From Eledone cirrhosa (Eukaryota): DNA of 64,000 nucleotides. Location: assembly GCA_964016885.1 (NCBI GenBank), contig OZ024742.1, positions 245,272,001-245,336,000 on the forward strand. Direction: 5' to 3'. Positions 63,765 through 64,000 of the stretch are shown here, in pieces. How positions within the stretch are numbered: the first letter of the stretch is position 1; each line of letters starts with the position of its first letter. The notes under the pieces are model-generated. The model searched no databases. It worked only from the letters and a program-made list of their open reading frames with translations, and had not been told where the DNA came from. The position numbers were made by a program, and so were the translations under genes.

Positions 63765-64000
63765 TCACATTCACAATTGGAATCTCAAAATATTATTGTC
63801 ATGGGCAATTGGAAGGCAGCTACAGTAGAGGAAGACCAAGGCAGATCGATGAAGACCTGGTCAGAAAAAGAAAGCAGCAAGTGGAAGAAGGCTGTGATAG
63901 AGGAAGACTGTGGCAGACCTGGGCAGAACTAGTGAGAGATGATCTCAAAGTACTAGACCTCATAGAGAAAAAAATGAAAGAACCTGATGAGTAAAAGAGT

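Noticed and set aside
63984-64000. CTGATGAG at the window edge
   Set aside because: Truncated by the window and lies within an RTE remnant; cannot be evaluated

Overview
AT-rich, repeat-dense animal DNA. The SINE, RTE and microsatellite landscape resembles an octopod cephalopod (inference). The only host gene is a minus-strand class II phosphoinositide 3-kinase (PIK3C2-like). I traced 16 GT-AG exons by hand (33849 down to 108; 1643 nt, about 547 codons, all phases consistent). They cover the Ras-binding domain, helical bundle, C2-PI3K domain and start of the helical domain; the N-terminus and kinase domain were not found in the window. The rest is two tRNA-derived SINE families, RTE LINE 3' fragments, TTAA-flanked piggyBac-type MITEs, two SINE-derived 48-bp minisatellites, an 18-bp satellite and microsatellites. 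All long ORFs in the track are repeat artefacts except one RTE fragment. The main hidden signal is at least 8 type I hammerhead ribozyme motifs (CUGANGA...GAAA...UH), from near-intact to decayed. They sit in short non-coding elements mostly flanked by (TA)n tracts. One is a 539-bp unit with a 50-bp terminal direct repeat, suggesting a retrozyme or Penelope-like mobile RNA system. Folds were judged by eye.
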